The notes beneath the pieces are model-generated. The model was given only the letters and a program-made list of their open reading frames with translations, was not told the DNA's origin and made no database searches. Position numbers and translations under genes: made by a program. Shown here in pieces: positions 10,909 through 19,882 of a stretch of 56,690 nucleotides of DNA. The stretch's first letter is position 1. Each line of letters opens with the position of its first letter. Origin of the DNA: Candidatus Thalassarchaeum sp. (GTDB lineage Archaea > Thermoplasmatota > Poseidoniia > Poseidoniales > Thalassarchaeaceae); assembly GCA_030748335.1 (NCBI GenBank), contig JASMMD010000003.1, positions 1-56,690 of the forward strand, read 5' to 3'.

Positions 10909-12333
10909 GTGGGCGTGCACACGCGCGAGGAGTTGTATATCGCAGGCAACTGGGTCGAGCCTCACGGCGAGGGCACCATCGAAGTAACCAATCCCTCGAA
11001 CGAGCAGTTGATCGGTTCTGTCCCGGTTGGCTCAGCAGCCGACGTGGACGCTGCGGTGGCCGCAGCTAGCGCGGCTTTCCTGTCATGGTCGCAGACTACC
11101 ACCGAAGAACGCGCTGAGTATCTGAACAGGCTGTCCTCGGCCATCAAGGAGCGGGCTGAGGACCTGTCACAGCTCATAACGGCCGAGGTCGGCACGCCAA
11201 TCAACTACTCTAGGATGGCAATGGTCGGCACCCCCAAGGTAGTCTCCCGCTCCTACGCGAAGATCCTTGAGGGCTTTGAGTGGGAGCACGAAGTCCGCAA
11301 CTCACTGGTTGTCAAGGAGCCGATTGGCGTGGTGGCAATGATTACTCCCTGGAACTTCCCCCTCCACCAGATCATCGGCAAGATCGCACCCGCGATAGCA
11401 GCTGGGTGCACGATGGTTGTCAAGCCTTCTAAGGAGGCACCGCTGAACGCCTTCGCGCTGGCGGATATCATCGACGAGATTGGGCTGCCAGCAGGGGTCT
11501 TCAACCTCGTATCGGGCCATGGCAGGGAGATCGGCGAGGTCCTGAGCAGCCACCCGGATGTCGACATGGTCAGCTTCACCGGTTCGACCAACGCCGGGGT
11601 CAGGGTGAGCGAACTCGCCTCCCCCGGGGTCAAGAGAGTCACCTTAGAGCTCGGCGGCAAGAGCGCCAACATAATTCTCGACGATGCCAATATCGCCAAG
11701 GCCTCGGGCTCCGCCATCTACGACTGCTTCAACAACTCCGGCCAGGAGTGCTCTGCTCTGAGCAGGCTACTCGTTCCCGAGTCGAAGCGGGACGAAGTCA
11801 TCGAGGTGATATCAGCGAAGATGGTCAAGTACTCGGTCGGCGACCCACTCGACGAGTCGATTCGCTGCGGGCCAATGGTTTCGAAGAGGCAGCAGGAGAG
11901 CGTGGCCTCGTACATCGCGAGCGGGATTGAGGAGGGTGCCACTCTAGTCGCAGGGGGTGCCGGGATGCCAGAGGGCCTAGACGAAGGGTACTTCGTCAGG
12001 CCAACCGTGTTCGCTGACGTGACCACTGAGATGACGATATTCAGGGAGGAGATTTTCGGCCCTGTCCTGTCCATCTCCACCTACTCTACCGAGGAAGAGG
12101 CCATCGCCATGGCCAACGACTCCGAGTACGGACTCTCGGGGGGCGTCTGGTCGGGCGACGAGGAGAGGGCCATGCGGGTGGCTCGTCAGATGCGCACGGG
12201 GCAGGTCAGCATTAACGGGGGCGCATTCAACGTCTCAGCCCCATTCGGTGGGTACAAACTCTCGGGCAACGGGCGCGAGCTCGGGGTCCACGGCCTTGAG
12301 GAATACCTCGAGATCAAGTCGATTCAACGTTGA
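10909..12333 (+). CDS. NAD(P)+-dependent aldehyde dehydrogenase
   Basis: Motifs ITPWNFPL, VTLELGGKS, FNNSGQECSA, EEIFGPV. The ORF track starts at 10840 (TTG). A GTG at 10909, just before ...EELYIAGNWVEP, fits the usual ALDH N-terminus better. Confidence 0.9.
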   Translation: MGVHTREELYIAGNWVEPHGEGTIEVTNPSNEQLIGSVPVGSAADVDAAVAAASAAFLSWSQTTTEERAEYLNRLSSAIKERAEDLSQLITAEVGTPINYSRMAMVGTPKVVSRSYAKILEGFEWEHEVRNSLVVKEPIGVVAMITPWNFPLHQIIGKIAPAIAAGCTMVVKPSKEAPLNAFALADIIDEIGLPAGVFNLVSGHGREIGEVLSSHPDVDMVSFTGSTNAGVRVSELASPGVKRVTLELGGKSANIILDDANIAKASGSAIYDCFNNSGQECSALSRLLVPESKRDEVIEVISAKMVKYSVGDPLDESIRCGPMVSKRQQESVASYIASGIEEGATLVAGGAGMPEGLDEGYFVRPTVFADVTTEMTIFREEIFGPVLSISTYSTEEEAIAMANDSEYGLSGGVWSGDEERAMRVARQMRTGQVSINGGAFNVSAPFGGYKLSGNGRELGVHGLEEYLEIKSIQR

Positions 12334-12341
12334 GGGCCGCT

Positions 12342-12926
12342 ATGAGCAGACCTCGGCTGTTGGTCGTCTCCGGCAGCAGCGGTGTGGGCAAGTCTACGAT
12401 ATCTGCTAGGGCGGCATCCTCCTTGGGATTCTCCAAGGTAGCCTCCACGGACACAATCCGGGAGACTCTGAGGACCCAGTTCGACGCCGAGCAAGAGCCT
12501 GCACTCCATCGCTCCTCCTTCGAACCAGCTGGAGGTGGTGCGGTTGAGGACTGGCACGATACTGTCGAAGTCCTATCGGACGCAGTTCAGGCGGTGATTG
12601 ACAGAGCCGTTTCGAAGCGCTCCGACCTACTCCTAGAAGGCGTTCACATAATACCCTCCAGCTCCGTTCTGGATGGTTGGAGGGAATCCGGGGGAGTTGC
12701 CACCGGAGTGTTACTCCACGTCGACGATGAGGATACCCACCGTAGATTCATCAGCACGAGGGAGAGGCACAACGAGAGGGGGTTGGGACACTATCTGGGC
12801 AACCTGAATCGCATCAGGGCGATTCAGGATGAGATGATTAGCAATGCCAGCGAATCGGGCTGGCTGGTGCTCGATGCCAGCAGGGCCGACCCCATAGGCG
12901 AGATAGCCGATTCTCTGCAGGACTAG
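12342..12926 (+). CDS. P-loop kinase, 2-phosphoglycerate-kinase-like (COG2074-like)
   Basis: LLVVSGSSGVGKSTISARAASSLGFSKVASTDTIRETLR resembles the archaeal 2PGK N-terminal region, but the protein is shorter than the classical enzymes. ATG at 12342 preferred over TTG at 12330. Confidence 0.45.
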   Translation: MSRPRLLVVSGSSGVGKSTISARAASSLGFSKVASTDTIRETLRTQFDAEQEPALHRSSFEPAGGGAVEDWHDTVEVLSDAVQAVIDRAVSKRSDLLLEGVHIIPSSSVLDGWRESGGVATGVLLHVDDEDTHRRFISTRERHNERGLGHYLGNLNRIRAIQDEMISNASESGWLVLDASRADPIGEIADSLQD

Positions 12927-13471
12927 AATCCAAGAGTCTCGAGAATCATCTCGGTTCTACTCTCCAGTTCCTCGAGGGACCCGTCGTTGAGTACGACGGC
13001 ATGAGCCTGCTCGATCAACATCTCGAGACCCCATCCCCACTCACGCTCCTCGCGCTCGACGAATTCCGTCACTCCTCCGTCCTCTCCTCGTCCGCGCTCC
13101 TCAAGCCATTCCATCCTCAAGCCTGGCGAGGCCGACATCGCGATTACAGTGACGTCCTCGACATGCTTCCTGAGGTACTCCATTTCCTCTGGCTGCCGCA
13201 TACCGTCGATTAGTACGTTCGACGCTTCTAATGCGCTCGTCAGGCTAGGAATCAACCTCTCGACGACAATTTCCTCTCCGTGCTCCTCGCGCATCGAGAG
13301 TGCAGTCAGGCCCACGTTCTCCGGAGTCTCCGGCAACCCCCTCGATGTCATCTCGGCTCGAACTATGTCGCCCAGTGAGAGGATGCTCATGCCTCTCTCG
13401 GAGGCCACTCGCGCTACAACGCCCTTGCCGGCCCCAGGGGGGCCGCACAGCACAAGCACCCGCCCGGCCAT
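12923..13471 (-). CDS. P-loop nucleotide kinase-like protein (adenylate kinase / UPF0200-like)
   Basis: MAGRVLVLCGPPGAGKGVVARVASERGMSILSLGDIVRAEM (Walker A plus NMP-binding-like segment). Its stop overlaps the convergent upstream gene stop within CTAG (12923-12926). Confidence 0.5.
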   Translation of the reverse strand: MAGRVLVLCGPPGAGKGVVARVASERGMSILSLGDIVRAEMTSRGLPETPENVGLTALSMREEHGEEIVVERLIPSLTSALEASNVLIDGMRQPEEMEYLRKHVEDVTVIAMSASPGLRMEWLEERGRGEDGGVTEFVEREEREWGWGLEMLIEQAHAVVLNDGSLEELESRTEMILETLGF

Positions 13472-13515
13472 AGAATGCCCTATCGTCTCTCGGACATGAC
13501 GCTTGCTGGGATATT

Positions 13516-14349
13516 CTACCTGCCAACCCATTCTGCGTCCTTGCGTTCAAGGAAGGCCGAGACTCCAATCTCCTTGTCCTCGGTGTCGAACAGGGCCACG
13601 AACTCCGAGCGCTCGGCGAGCACCCCCTCGGTGAATGGCAGGTCCAGAGCAGCGCGAACCACCCGCTTCGCCACTCTGACCGTGTAAGGCGACTTCCTCG
13701 CTATGTTCTCGGCGAGCTCGAGCGCCCCCCTCTCCAGATCCTCGGGCTCGACGACCTTGTTGACTAGACCGATTCTGAGTGCCTCATCGGCCCCCACCAT
13801 CTCACCGGTTAGGGTCATCTCCATCGCCTTGCCGTATCCCAGCAACCTACACAGACGCTGGGTTCCTCCTCCACCTGGAATCAGTCCGAGGTTAATCTCC
13901 GGCTGCCCGAACTTGGCTCTGGTAGAAGCGACCCGCAGGTCGCAGGCCAGCGCAAGCTCAGTCCCACCGCCAAGAGCGAAACCATCGACCATCGCTATGG
14001 TCGGCTTGGAGAGGTCCCACACCGCCTCCCAAGCGTTGTTTCCGAAGAACTCGCGAACGTCGTCGGAATTCTTTCCTGCAAACTCAGAGATGTCGGCACC
14101 CGCGGCGAAGGCCGCTGGCTTGGGTTTCGCGCCATCCTCAGGTACTGGCGCCGCGGCACCGCGGATGACGATGGCCCTGACGGAGTCGTCGGACTCGACC
14201 CTGACGCACTGCTCCTTGATGGCTGCGTGCGAGTCCCGATTCAGGGCGTTGAGCTTCTCCGGACGATTCAGCGTCCAGACGGCAACAACCCCTCCTGGGG
14301 GGCTGCAGCCTTCGACAGGAACGTCCTCTGCAATCAGAACCTCGCTCAC
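13516..14349 (-). CDS. Enoyl-CoA hydratase/isomerase (crotonase family)
   Basis: Motifs LNRPEKLNAL, VDGFALGGGTELALACDLRVAS, GLIPGGGGTQRL. Confidence 0.85.
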   Translation of the reverse strand: MSEVLIAEDVPVEGCSPPGGVVAVWTLNRPEKLNALNRDSHAAIKEQCVRVESDDSVRAIVIRGAAAPVPEDGAKPKPAAFAAGADISEFAGKNSDDVREFFGNNAWEAVWDLSKPTIAMVDGFALGGGTELALACDLRVASTRAKFGQPEINLGLIPGGGGTQRLCRLLGYGKAMEMTLTGEMVGADEALRIGLVNKVVEPEDLERGALELAENIARKSPYTVRVAKRVVRAALDLPFTEGVLAERSEFVALFDTEDKEIGVSAFLERKDAEWVGR

Positions 14350-14396
14350 AGGACACCCACAGCACCCTCGTGCTTGAACATTCAGTTAGGCGGCCA

Positions 14397-15302
14397 CTAC
14401 TCGTCCTTGGTGACTGGCGGTGGCATCGGCGGCATGCCCGGTGGAGGCGGCAGCGGCGGCATCCCAGGAGGGGATGGCATGTCATCTAGAGAAGGAATTT
14501 GCACCTCCGGAGGTTCCCCCGCGGCTTTCGGAGACTCCTCCTTCGCCGGCATTTCTAGGGGAATTCTGACCTTCAGGATGCGTCCGTCGTCAATCCTGAC
14601 GTAGGATACTCCCTGCGGTTTGCTGTGATCTGCCTCTTCGGGCTCCTCGAGGACAGTAAGCCCGTGGTTCGGGTCCTTGAGCAGCGTAGCAAGGTCCTCT
14701 CCATCCTCAACAGCCGACCAAGCCCTCGCCTTCGAAGCCCTCCTCTCCGCTAGTTCCATGCGGCGTTTCCTGACCAGTTGCGAGCGTATCTCGGCTCGCT
14801 TGACCCTGCGATCGCTGACGAATGCCTCGACCTCCGCCATCTCTCCCGACTGGGCGTCGGACTGTGCGACATACCTCGATGCAACCACCGTGCCATCACC
14901 CGGAATAGGGGGCATCGGAGACACAGGCCCATCACTGCCCTCCGCCGCTGAAATCGGAGGCGGCACAGGAATAGGTGGAGGCATCTCCTTGGAGGGCTGT
15001 TGAGCCGCTTTGCCTCTGCTGCGCTGAATCTTCTCCTCGCGACGCTCACTCGCTCCCTCAAGTTCCAGAACCGGCTCTGGAAGGTTGAACTCGGCCGTGG
15101 GCTCCTCCACCACCACGGCCTTGGACTTAGGCGGTTTGGGCACTGGGGAACGCCCTGAGAACATCAGGATGGACACTAGGGCGAGCAGTATCGTGCCACC
15201 TGCGATTCTAGTAATCATGCTCGCCTCGCCCTGTAGGACCAGAAACAGCGGAATTCCTATCAGAACCGCCGCCCAGAGGACCAAACGAGTCAGTGAGACC
15301 AT
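14397..15302 (-). CDS. Membrane-anchored protein with a charged coiled region and Pro-rich tail
   Basis: Two N-terminal hydrophobic helices, then a K/E/R-rich low-complexity stretch, and a PPGMPPLPPPPGMPPMPPP C-terminus. No family recognised. Confidence 0.45.
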   Translation of the reverse strand: MVSLTRLVLWAAVLIGIPLFLVLQGEASMITRIAGGTILLALVSILMFSGRSPVPKPPKSKAVVVEEPTAEFNLPEPVLELEGASERREEKIQRSRGKAAQQPSKEMPPPIPVPPPISAAEGSDGPVSPMPPIPGDGTVVASRYVAQSDAQSGEMAEVEAFVSDRRVKRAEIRSQLVRKRRMELAERRASKARAWSAVEDGEDLATLLKDPNHGLTVLEEPEEADHSKPQGVSYVRIDDGRILKVRIPLEMPAKEESPKAAGEPPEVQIPSLDDMPSPPGMPPLPPPPGMPPMPPPVTKDE

Positions 15303-15335
15303 GCCTACCGGTCTGTCACGGAGAGCGCCCCGCCT

Positions 15336-15929
15336 TCACCTTGACGGGGACCCGAGGAGCTCCGCGAGACGGTTCATCGCCTTCGCTCTGTGCGTGATTC
15401 GGCTGCTTTTCCCATCTCCCCACTCCCCGAAGGTACGTCCATCGCCGTCATCAGGGACAAAGATGGGGTCATAGCCGAAACCCTCGTCCCCCCTCGCCTT
15501 ATCTGAGATTCTACCTCTGCATACGCCCGTCCCGACCCACATCCCGAACCCGTCGGAGACGATGGCGACGGCTCGGTACTCAGCACCTCTCTGACGACCG
15601 TCGGAAAGCATGCTCAGGACTCCATCGAGTCCGATATCCCTCTCGACGTCAGAGGACTCCGCCCCGGGCCAGTCATCGAATGCATCTAGGAAGATTCCGG
15701 AATCTTCTACCATGATTGCCGACCCCTCTAGCCCCGTGCCTCGAATGAGTCCTAGGGCCTGCTGGATCTTGGCCACGGCCACTGCTTCGAGGCCGAGCTC
15801 TTTCGGCTCGTCGAAGTCGGGCGACTCGCCATCTAGCAGTAGTTGCTCGACCCGGTGACCGGATAGGCCGAGCACCGAGGATGCCTCCTCGACCTTGTTG
15901 GAATTGCTGGTCGCGAAAAGTATCCTCAT
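15336..15929 (-). CDS. rdgB: Non-canonical purine NTP pyrophosphatase (HAM1/RdgB/ITPase)
   Basis: Motifs MRILFATSNSNKVEE, VEDSGIFLDA, GFGYDPIFVP. Start moved to the ATG at 15929; the longer ORF-track N-terminus is Arg/Gly-rich junk overlapping bud32. Confidence 0.85.
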   Translation of the reverse strand: MRILFATSNSNKVEEASSVLGLSGHRVEQLLLDGESPDFDEPKELGLEAVAVAKIQQALGLIRGTGLEGSAIMVEDSGIFLDAFDDWPGAESSDVERDIGLDGVLSMLSDGRQRGAEYRAVAIVSDGFGMWVGTGVCRGRISDKARGDEGFGYDPIFVPDDGDGRTFGEWGDGKSSRITHRAKAMNRLAELLGSPSR

Positions 15930-15937
15930 CGCATCGC

Positions 15938-16651
15938 CTATCCGTGATACCTGACCCTGCCTCTGATGTCTTCGAACCTCGAGACCACTTCCTTGGCCCT
16001 GAATTCCGCATCGCCGCGTTCGAGATAGCCCTCCAGCATCGCCTCGACAGCGCCGCCTATCTCCGAGTGACTGGCCGTGAGGCACTCGTTGAGAACCTGC
16101 AGGTCCAGACCCATGTGCTCGAGTTCGGGGGAGATCCTAGCCAGACCGAAGTCGATCATACTCAGACCCCCCGAGCCATCGACGAGGATGTTGTGCGTGG
16201 TCATGTCTCCATGCGAGAACCCAGCCTCGTGCAGGCGCCTGATCAGCGCCCCTACCGACCTCACCTCGTCGAGTCCGGCCGAGCCGTCTCTGAGTGCATC
16301 GCAGAGGGGCCTGCCGCTCAAGCGTGACAGGACCATCCAGCCCGCCTCGACGTTAAGATCGTGCAGCGAGGGCGAGGGGAAACTCATGTGTTGCAGCCTA
16401 CCGAGTACTCTAGCCTCCACGGATATCCGCTGACGGGTCAACATACGGTCCAGATCGGGGTGCCTGTAGCCGCGTGGTCTGCGCAATTTCAGGACTGCGG
16501 GCTTACCCATCCAAGTACCAGAAGTCACCGTGGCCTCGGCACCTTCGTGAAGCACCTCGGAGGGCGCCCAGGCCGGTATCGCGCCGGTGGCCATGCAACT
16601 CCGATGAGAGATGCCTTCAAAGCGGTTGCACATAACGAAGGTCTGAGACAT
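15938..16651 (-). CDS. bud32: Bud32/PRPK atypical protein kinase (KEOPS subunit)
   Basis: Motifs HGDMTTHNILV, MIDFGLA, and a Lys in AVLKLRRPRGYRHP. The start at 16651 overlaps the nadA ATG within CATG, so the true start may be the internal Met at 16591 (MATGAIPAW). Confidence 0.8.
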   Translation of the reverse strand: MSQTFVMCNRFEGISHRSCMATGAIPAWAPSEVLHEGAEATVTSGTWMGKPAVLKLRRPRGYRHPDLDRMLTRQRISVEARVLGRLQHMSFPSPSLHDLNVEAGWMVLSRLSGRPLCDALRDGSAGLDEVRSVGALIRRLHEAGFSHGDMTTHNILVDGSGGLSMIDFGLARISPELEHMGLDLQVLNECLTASHSEIGGAVEAMLEGYLERGDAEFRAKEVVSRFEDIRGRVRYHG

Positions 16652-17753
16652 GACGATTGAGCTTCCGTCCGCCCCGATGCCGCGTGGTAGCCTGATTCCC
16701 GGCTCTTACTCGGATTTCGAAATTGAGATCGAGGCAAGGCGTCTTCAGGGTGCTATAAAACAGCCCGTGAGATGGAGTCTGGACACCTGTAGGGCAATTG
16801 CTCCACTCACGCTCGAGATTAACGATTTGAAGCAGGAGAAGGACGTCTTCCTAATCGCCCACTCATACCAGACACCGGACATCACCTACGGGGTCGCCGA
16901 CTCTGTTGCAGACAGCTACGCGCTCTCCAAGGACGCTCGGGACGCGCCGCAGCAGACCATCCTGTTCTCCAGCGTCCGCTTCATGGCGGAGACCGCCAAA
17001 ATAGTCAGCCCTCACAAGCTCGTCCTCCACCCGTCCCCCGATGCGGGTTGCTCCCTCAGCGACGGGATTACCGCTCAGGACGTGCGCGATCTGAGGGAGA
17101 AGTATCCGGGAGCCCCTGTCGTTTGCTACATCAATACCAGCGCCGAGGTCAAGGCCGAGTGCGACGTCTGCGTTACCAGCAGCAACTACATGAGAATCTG
17201 CGAGATGCTTCCTGGGGACAGGTTGATCTTCGTTCCTGACCGCTTCATGGGCAAGCACCTGCAGAACCACCTAGCAGGCAAGAAGGAAATTATCGTCTTC
17301 GATGGGGAGTGCGAGGTGCACGCGGCTTTCACCGGTGACAAGATCCGCAACTGGAGGAAGCGCACGGCCTCGGTGGGAATCGATCTGAGGGTGCTCAGTC
17401 ACCCCGAGTGCGATGCCGACGTCATCGAGGAGAGTGACTTCGTCGGTAGCAGTGAGGTGCTGATGAACGAGGCCCTACGCCTCTCCTCGAAGGGCAAGAA
17501 GGACCTGATGCTGATTACTGAGTGCGGCACCGTCGACAGGGTGATTGCTGAATCCGACAACGATCTGAACCTCATTGGGGCCTGTGTGATGTGCCCCCAC
17601 ATGAAGAAGACGCAGTTGGAGGACATCCTGCAGGCGCTGAGGAAACCCCTCCCGGAACAGGTCATCGAACTGGATGCGGATGTCATTGAGAGGGCGGGCC
17701 AATGCCTAGACGAGATGTTCAGGCTGACCGAGCAGTCAGCCGCGACGCTCTGA
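16650..17753 (+). CDS. nadA: Quinolinate synthase NadA
   Basis: Motifs FLIAHSYQ, CYINTSAEVKAECDVCVTSSN, LSHPEC, CVMCPHMKKT. Confidence 0.9.
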   Translation: MTIELPSAPMPRGSLIPGSYSDFEIEIEARRLQGAIKQPVRWSLDTCRAIAPLTLEINDLKQEKDVFLIAHSYQTPDITYGVADSVADSYALSKDARDAPQQTILFSSVRFMAETAKIVSPHKLVLHPSPDAGCSLSDGITAQDVRDLREKYPGAPVVCYINTSAEVKAECDVCVTSSNYMRICEMLPGDRLIFVPDRFMGKHLQNHLAGKKEIIVFDGECEVHAAFTGDKIRNWRKRTASVGIDLRVLSHPECDADVIEESDFVGSSEVLMNEALRLSSKGKKDLMLITECGTVDRVIAESDNDLNLIGACVMCPHMKKTQLEDILQALRKPLPEQVIELDADVIERAGQCLDEMFRLTEQSAATL

Positions 17754-19823
17754 TGCGGCTTGGTACGCCCACAGAAACAGCAGAGGAATCAGCATCAGGA
17801 TGGCAGCCTGCAGGATGACCGATGAGTACGGCTGGAAAGTCTCACCCGAGTAGACTTTCAGAGAAGGTATCCCGTCCGAATCGACCTCGACCCATGCCAC
17901 GTCCTCCAGCAGCACTTGAGGGTCCATCTGATCGACGTCATCATCGTGGGTTATCGCCAGAGTGGTGTTAGCATCTATGTCATGCAGGTAGACGTCGTTG
18001 ACGGTGGCGACTTCCTCTGGTTCGAGAGAAGGGTCCCAGAAAGGAATCTGCAGGAATGCTACCCGCCCGTGTGCCACGCTGGGGGATGATGACTGCCAGA
18101 TCGGGTCAGAGAGGACCGACTGCTCACCGGTCAGTATGTTCACCAGCACAGTTCTGTTGACCGGTCCGACGTCGACCACCGCTACCACCCAAGAGTCGTC
18201 CATATCGATGTCAATGACCTCGGCCTCGCTGTAGTCCACAGCGATTCCCGAGATCTCCTCGAGGTACGCATCCTCGTCCTCAGAGGCAGTCACATCTAGG
18301 ATTAGGCCAATCGAGATGCTGCCTGAGATCGAAGTCACGTTGACGGTGGGAGACTGGGATTCCGCGTCGGCCCAGGCCAGAAGCTGCCCGGACGCGGCCA
18401 TGACGGAGAAGCCCCCTTCTGCGCCCTCGAAGTCCACAGGTGCCTGCTCGTCATCCATGACCTCCAGACGGTCCTCGTACACCTTCACGAGCAGGGGCTG
18501 CCCCGCTTCCGACTCGGCTATGGCCACATCGAGCAGCGCCTCGCCCTCCTGCAGGCTGAATTTCGGCGTGAACTCCGTGTCGTCTGACCCGAGTTCGTAG
18601 TAGTCAAGCCTGCTTAAGTCGTGGAGGACCAGCGATGAGCCTGATATCGCCACAGAAGGTGAGGAGGCCCAGAACTCGCCCGAGATCATACTCCCCTTCT
18701 CATCGCTGACGTTCCAGACGCTAATCGAGACGCTGAAGGTCTCAGGGTCCTCCTCAACCGAGACCAGCCAGCCGTCAGAACCAGCAGCCGAGGTGGGCCA
18801 CTCGACGCCCTCGACGGGAAAGTCCTGGTGCGTCGCGTCCCAGAGCAGAACCAGCCCGGTGGAGAGCAGCAGCGCCGCGATGATCGCGCTGGTTTGCTTC
18901 CTACTGGGTTCTCGAAGCGGCGCAAATGCGGAGATGATGCTGCCGAACGTGCCTCGAATGGACTTGCTCGGATCGGCGATGGCGCGGGCCAGCCTGCGAC
19001 TGAACAGGCGCTCGTCCGCGAAGTTCCAAACAGGTTGGTTCGTCTTTGAGGTCAATTGGACTGCTATGATTCCGACCGCCATCCCCCCGATGATGTCGAC
19101 CATCCAGTGGATTCCGAGGTAGATGATGGCAAAGGCGGTCAGGACAATGAAACCCATCAAGAAGCCGCGATATCTCTCCCACCTGCCGTCGTCATCCCAC
19201 CTGTGCATGGTAAGCCAGATAGCGAATGGCAGTCCTATGTGCAGGCTCGGCATGCCGTTTGAGAACGGGTCTATGCGAGTGAACCAGTTGTTAATCTCGG
19301 GAGTAAGGTCGTAGGCTATTGCCTGCATCGCTGGGATATGGTTCCCTGTAACTCCGACATTGAAGAACAGGTAGAACGGGATGGCAATGACGTATACCCA
19401 GAACATGGACAACGAGACCCTGTCGGCCATGTACCGGTCATCGAAGTATATCGGGTACAGGAAGGAGGCGAAGGTGGCAGTCATGAAGCCCATGACGTAG
19501 AAGTGGGTGAGCGCTTCGTCGAGCAGGACGTTGCGAAGCCCCTGCTGAATCCACAGTACTATGTCGCCTTCTATGGCGTAGACGTAGGGGGTCATGTCCA
19601 ACTGGGTGTTTGCCATGAGGACCCTGTCTATGCCATCTAACAAGTCCTTCCACAAGTATACCGAGAAGACGACGATCATATGCGCCCAGTAACGCCTGAA
19701 CATGTCGATGAAACCCTCAAGGCTGAGTTTCGCGTACTTTGGCTTGAACAGTGGCATCATCACAATGCTGAGTATGATAGCACCCGTGACCCAGGTGATG
19801 TAGATGCCAGTGCCCGCAGCCAT
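17736..19823 (-). CDS. Polytopic membrane protein: PAP2-like phosphatase/transferase core fused to a large extracytoplasmic domain and a terminal TM
   Basis: PSLHIGLPFAIW and IHWMVDIIGGMAVG resemble PAP2 motifs C2/C3 (PSGH, HxxxD). This is followed by a ~380-aa acidic beta-rich region (TolB/PD40-like SDPIWQSSSPSVAHGRVAF) and a final TM helix. Confidence 0.55.
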   Translation of the reverse strand: MAAGTGIYITWVTGAIILSIVMMPLFKPKYAKLSLEGFIDMFRRYWAHMIVVFSVYLWKDLLDGIDRVLMANTQLDMTPYVYAIEGDIVLWIQQGLRNVLLDEALTHFYVMGFMTATFASFLYPIYFDDRYMADRVSLSMFWVYVIAIPFYLFFNVGVTGNHIPAMQAIAYDLTPEINNWFTRIDPFSNGMPSLHIGLPFAIWLTMHRWDDDGRWERYRGFLMGFIVLTAFAIIYLGIHWMVDIIGGMAVGIIAVQLTSKTNQPVWNFADERLFSRRLARAIADPSKSIRGTFGSIISAFAPLREPSRKQTSAIIAALLLSTGLVLLWDATHQDFPVEGVEWPTSAAGSDGWLVSVEEDPETFSVSISVWNVSDEKGSMISGEFWASSPSVAISGSSLVLHDLSRLDYYELGSDDTEFTPKFSLQEGEALLDVAIAESEAGQPLLVKVYEDRLEVMDDEQAPVDFEGAEGGFSVMAASGQLLAWADAESQSPTVNVTSISGSISIGLILDVTASEDEDAYLEEISGIAVDYSEAEVIDIDMDDSWVVAVVDVGPVNRTVLVNILTGEQSVLSDPIWQSSSPSVAHGRVAFLQIPFWDPSLEPEEVATVNDVYLHDIDANTTLAITHDDDVDQMDPQVLLEDVAWVEVDSDGIPSLKVYSGETFQPYSSVILQAAILMLIPLLFLWAYQAASERRG

Positions 19824-19882
19824 GTCTCATCCTACGGGGGTCGCGAGTTCGCCATCAATTCGACCCCTATGTGGGGCCTCGT

